39,973 bases of DNA from Chiloscyllium plagiosum. Its lineage: Eukaryota. Numbering within the stretch: position 1 is the stretch's first letter; each line of letters starts with the position of its first letter. The notes below the pieces were generated by a model that was not told the DNA's origin, searched no databases, and saw nothing but the letters and a program-made list of their open reading frames with translations. The position numbers and the translations under genes are program-made. The stretch is taken from the NCBI RefSeq assembly GCF_004010195.1, contig NC_057719.1, positions 27,477,872 through 27,517,844 on the forward strand. The letters are read 5' to 3'. This document shows positions 36,291 to 39,973 of the stretch, one piece after another.

Positions 36291-36518
36291 ATTTGGAGAT
36301 GCCGGTGTTGGACTGGGATGTACAAAGTTAAAAATCATACAACACCAGGTTATAGTCCAACAGGTTTAATTTGAAGCACTAGCTTTCAGAGCACCGCTCC
36401 TTCATCAGGTGGTTGTCACTACTCACAACCATCTGATGAAGGAGCAAGGCTCCGAAAGCTAGTGTGCCTCAAATTAAACCTGTTGGACTATAACCTGGTG
36501 TTGTGTGATTTTTAACTT
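36291..36518. mobile_element. Family C Penelope-type inverted dimer (~95-bp arms) with 13-bp TSD
   Basis: tattcaaatcaag at 36278-36290 and 36519-36531. Arms 36324-36416 and 36425-36519 around an 8-nt spacer. Confidence 0.9.
36430..36464 (+). ncRNA. Putative minimal type I hammerhead ribozyme
   Basis: CAT-CTGATGA-A-GGAG CAAGG CTCC-GAAA-GCTA-GTG gives stem I CAU/GUG, stem II GGAG/CUCC, and palindromic AGCU in place of helix III. Activity untested. Confidence 0.6.
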
Positions 36519-36539
36519 TATTCAAATCAAGGTACTTTT

Positions 36540-36762
36540 ATTTATTTCCCCAGAGAGCTGTGGAGGCAGATTCATTGACTATTTTAAGGCAGAGATAGGT
36601 AGTTTTCTGACTAACAAGGGACTCAAAGGTGATTGGAAGTAAGTGGAAATGTGAAGTTGACACCACAATCTGATTAGCCATGAGATAATTGAATGGGGGA
36701 GGAAGCTGAGAAGCCAAATGGCTTGCACCTTCTCCTAATTTATACATATGCTTATATGTTCT
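36540..36762 (+). mobile_element. Old CR1 3' end
   Basis: 'cccagagagctgtggaggcag...aaggcagagatag...ccaaatggc..cttctcctaattt' with a tatgc/tatgt tail. Confidence 0.7.
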
Positions 36763-36799
36763 ACTGCCAGAGAGAAGCAAGTGGAGTGAGCATGTGACT

Positions 36800-37235
36800 T
36801 CACTTAGATTTCAAGTTTTCCTGTGGTGATAGGTGATTATATATGTATTGCTGATTGAGTGTTACATATCAACTCTATTCAACACCAGAACCAAAAGGGA
36901 TTCCAGATGATGCAGGACCATAGGTGTTAAATCATGCAGGCCATGCCCAGGGTCCTGATAGTAGTCAAGATGCATTCATTTTGGCTGGCTTCTGAACAAC
37001 TAGGGATGGTCGTCAATGACATGACTGTTTTCCCTCAGTGACAACTGTATACCCACACCCAGCAAGTGTACAATAATAGTCAAGTTGCATAAAATGCAAT
37101 AGAGCAGACCAATGCTTTGCAAGAGCAATGACTTCACTGCTTGGACCATTTTGGAGGAGTCTTGCAGTGCTCAATAGACAGATATCAAGATTTGTGATCG
37201 CCTATATGTTGCTCAACTCTGCCATGCTATCCCTT
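36800..37235 (+). pseudogene. Decayed PIF/Harbinger (HARBI1-like DDE) transposase relic
   Basis: Ordered plus-strand fragments NQKGF (36889-36903), PDSSQDAFIL (36954-36983), QQVYNNSQ..AIEQT and CLDHFGGVLQCS (37138-37173) correspond to Harbinger motifs NRKG, PGSxHDxxI, YNxxHxxxRxxIE and RFRCLDxSGGxLQYS. Confidence 0.7.
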
Positions 37236-39334
37236 GCCTCTAGCTATGTGGCAACCAGTTGAAGAACAGGAGCAGAAGTTGGAGGAAGAGGAAGGCAGTG
37301 GGTAACATGGCCAGCCTCTTTCTGCACATAGTTTTTGTGAAGAACCCATCCAAGTCAGATAACAGGAATTCTAATCCCTTAACAACCAACATTCCCTCTG
37401 CCACTGACAGTCATTGTATTTTGTCAGTTTTTTTATGCATCATAGAACATTTTCAATTATTATTCAGGCCAGAACTTCAGTATTAAATAACTGTATCTTC
37501 TGTCTCTCCAATGCTTTTCCCCACCTCAGTACTCTACTAACTTGCCTTTCCTCCTGTTGCTTTCTGTTGTGCTGTGGCCAGCTTCTCATTACTATTCTTA
37601 TCTTCTGACCTCTTTTTTGACTATCCTTATTAGTTTGAATGGTGGTGTCCATTTCTTTGTACATTTTGCTTAATTGTTAAGATAGGATTGAGCTTTATGA
37701 TCTATAGTTTTATCACTAGTAGTAAAACAGCAAAAATGTCAAATGAAGTAAAAAAATGTACGAGGACTGCTAATAAAAGAATTCATCAAATAAAGGCACC
37801 ATTCCTTTCAATGAATCCAGTACCTAAAATAATGCTCAAGACCATAAACGGACAGACTGGTGTTCTATAGAAAAGCCATTAATTCTTTAATTCTTTAAGC
37901 TGTATATTTTTCTCCTTTTCTACATATTAGTATTCACTGAAAATAATGCAGCAAACAGCTGAAAAAGGAAGATTAAGAGTGGAAACACAGAACTTTGCAT
38001 TATAAAACATGCTCAATTTCCATTAAACCAATCACAATTTACTGGATAGTAACTAACTGTAAGGTCTTGCTCAAGCTGGTCAATGGCAGGTTTGAACCCA
38101 TTATTGCTTCTATGTGACATTCAATAACTAAGTCACAGCATCCCTACTGCCCTATCTTCATAAAACAACCTGGAATGTGAGTCGGTCTTGGATAAATGGC
38201 TGTTCTCCATTTTAATTTACTGCTTCATATTTGTTTGTTTCAAGTTTCTTGAAAGATTTTAGATAAAATAATTTCTCATTCAACCCTAATAATTGTATTC
38301 AAACAAGACATTTCAAAAATGGCTCAAATATATCACAACTGTGATGATAGATCAAATAAGCCAATCAAAACATCAACAGTTGAACAAATAACAATTTCAG
38401 TGATTGAGCTTATAATAATGACAAACACATTTCTGCAAAGTGAGAATTGGAAAATCCTTACTTAGGTAGAGAAGATTTCCATTGCAAAAACCTAAAACAA
38501 CCAGTTAAAAATGTTCCTGTTGGCATAAATTATGAAGCATGTTGTCCCTTAAATAGTTCCTCATTGTCCACCGAATGTCTAGCACATTTCATGGCTGCAG
38601 CTTTGAAAGTGCAATGTTGCCGAATGATATCTCCTCATAAAGCCAGATACAATCATTAGTTCACCTAAAACAAAATCATAACTGTTCTCCTTTTCATAGT
38701 TAAAATGCTCTTCAGAACTGTACATAGTTGGATAGTCTGTGTTGTACCTGAGATGTGACACACGAGGTGATAACAAGGTTGATAGATTTTACCATAGCTA
38801 CAATGTAAGCATTTGCTACAAATAGAAATTCTGTTATCATACCAAGGATGACTCACATTTGAACAAATAGAAAATTATGGATTTTCTAAATACACTCAGC
38901 TTGATGTAAATGCATTTGTGTGTAGAATTCAAGTAAACTAAATTACTTCCCATTTTCTGCACTTACATATAATTACTAATTCAGCTGTAACATTTAAGTT
39001 TGCAACCCTGACCCAAGGATACAATTTTCCTTAGATATTCTTGCTTTCACTGCCAAACACACTGAACCATTGCCAATTCATTGGCTGTAGTACAGTTACA
39101 GATTGTAGCACACTATACAGTTAATTCATCTCTAGTATAATGCAGCTAGTATAGAGGTTGTGCATGTGTCCTTGTAAATTTTTAAAAACTGCAAAATGAA
39201 TAGCAAGCCTTTTTCTAATTCCTGAAAGTGCAACCATTTTTGGATGTGTGAGACAAGAGGTAAAAATCTTTCAACAACCTTTTCTCATCTCATTGCCACT
39301 CAACCCTAACCTGCATATAGTTGCTTTAAAACAC

Positions 39335-39632
39335 TTATTTACTGGATGAAGGCATCACCAGCATTTATCACCCATCCCAGATGGCAGGGAAGAGTCAACC
39401 ACATTGCTGTGGGTGTGGAGTCACATGTAGTCCAGACCAAGTAAGGATGCATTTCCTTCCTTAAAGGACATTAGTGAACCAGGTAGGTTTTTCCAACAAT
39501 CATTTAATGGCCATGGAATTCAAATTCCACCATCTGCCATGGGTGGGGAGTGGATATGAACTCTTGACCACAGAACATTATTTGGATTTCTGAATTAACA
39601 GTTCAGCAATAGTACCATTAGGCCATCAGCTC
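39335..39632 (-). mobile_element. Copy of the second SINE family
   Basis: 'agagtcaaccacattgctgtggg..ggagtcacatgtag..ccagacc...ggacattagtgaacca' is the reverse complement of ~10850-10950. Confidence 0.7.
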
Positions 39633-39702
39633 CCTCTATAAGTACTATATTTTGTACTGCTGTTGGTAATCACCAAGTCATTTTGGGCACAACATGTACC
39701 AT

Positions 39703-39973
39703 CTTACACTGAAAGACTGAAGCGACTGGGCTTGTATACCCTTGAGTTTCGAAGATTGAGAGGGGATCTGATTGAGACGTATAAGATTATGAAAGGATTA
39801 GACACTCTGGCAGTAGGAAACATATTTCCACTGATGGGTGAGTGCCGAACCAGAGGACACAGCTTAAAAATACAGGGTAGACCATTTAGGACAGAGCTCA
39901 GGAGAAACGTCTTCACCCAGAGAGTGGTGGCTGTGTGGAATGCTCTGCCCCAGAGAGCAGTGGAGGCCCACTC
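39703..39973 (+). mobile_element. 5'-truncated CR1 (second subfamily), continuing beyond the window
   Basis: Encodes RLGLYTLEFRRLRGDLIETYKI..VWNALP and is the reverse complement of ~26459-26720. Confidence 0.92.

Noticed and set aside
1..39973. CRISPR array, operon or other prokaryotic or viral system
   Set aside because: No regularly spaced repeats or long dense ORFs; the content is vertebrate repeats and a spliced gene.

Overview
Vertebrate genomic DNA, almost certainly from an elasmobranch (shark), judged from its repeats: HE1/V-SINE-type tRNA SINEs with CR1-like tails, abundant CR1 LINEs and Deu-domain SINE relics. One host gene is supported: a minus-strand SERTAD4-like gene with two confident coding exons (10225-10339 and 9780-10142, joined by an 82-nt GT-AG intron), several candidate upstream micro-exons, and a probable CpG-island promoter near 31.3-31.7 kb. 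The rest is intron, UTR or intergenic DNA packed with decayed transposons: CR1 of several subfamilies, a Tx1/L1-clade 3' end, L2, SINEs and a Harbinger/PIF transposase relic. The most unusual signal is about a dozen short non-coding Penelope-type repeats in three families. They carry minimal hammerhead-ribozyme-like cores (CTGANGA-A-hairpin-GAAA-short palindrome), and two are inserted as head-to-head inverted dimers with perfect 13-bp and 16-bp target-site duplications. There are also local duplications of about 95, 215 and 475 bp and a 129-N gap. Family names come from motif recognition without database searches, and TE boundaries are approximate.
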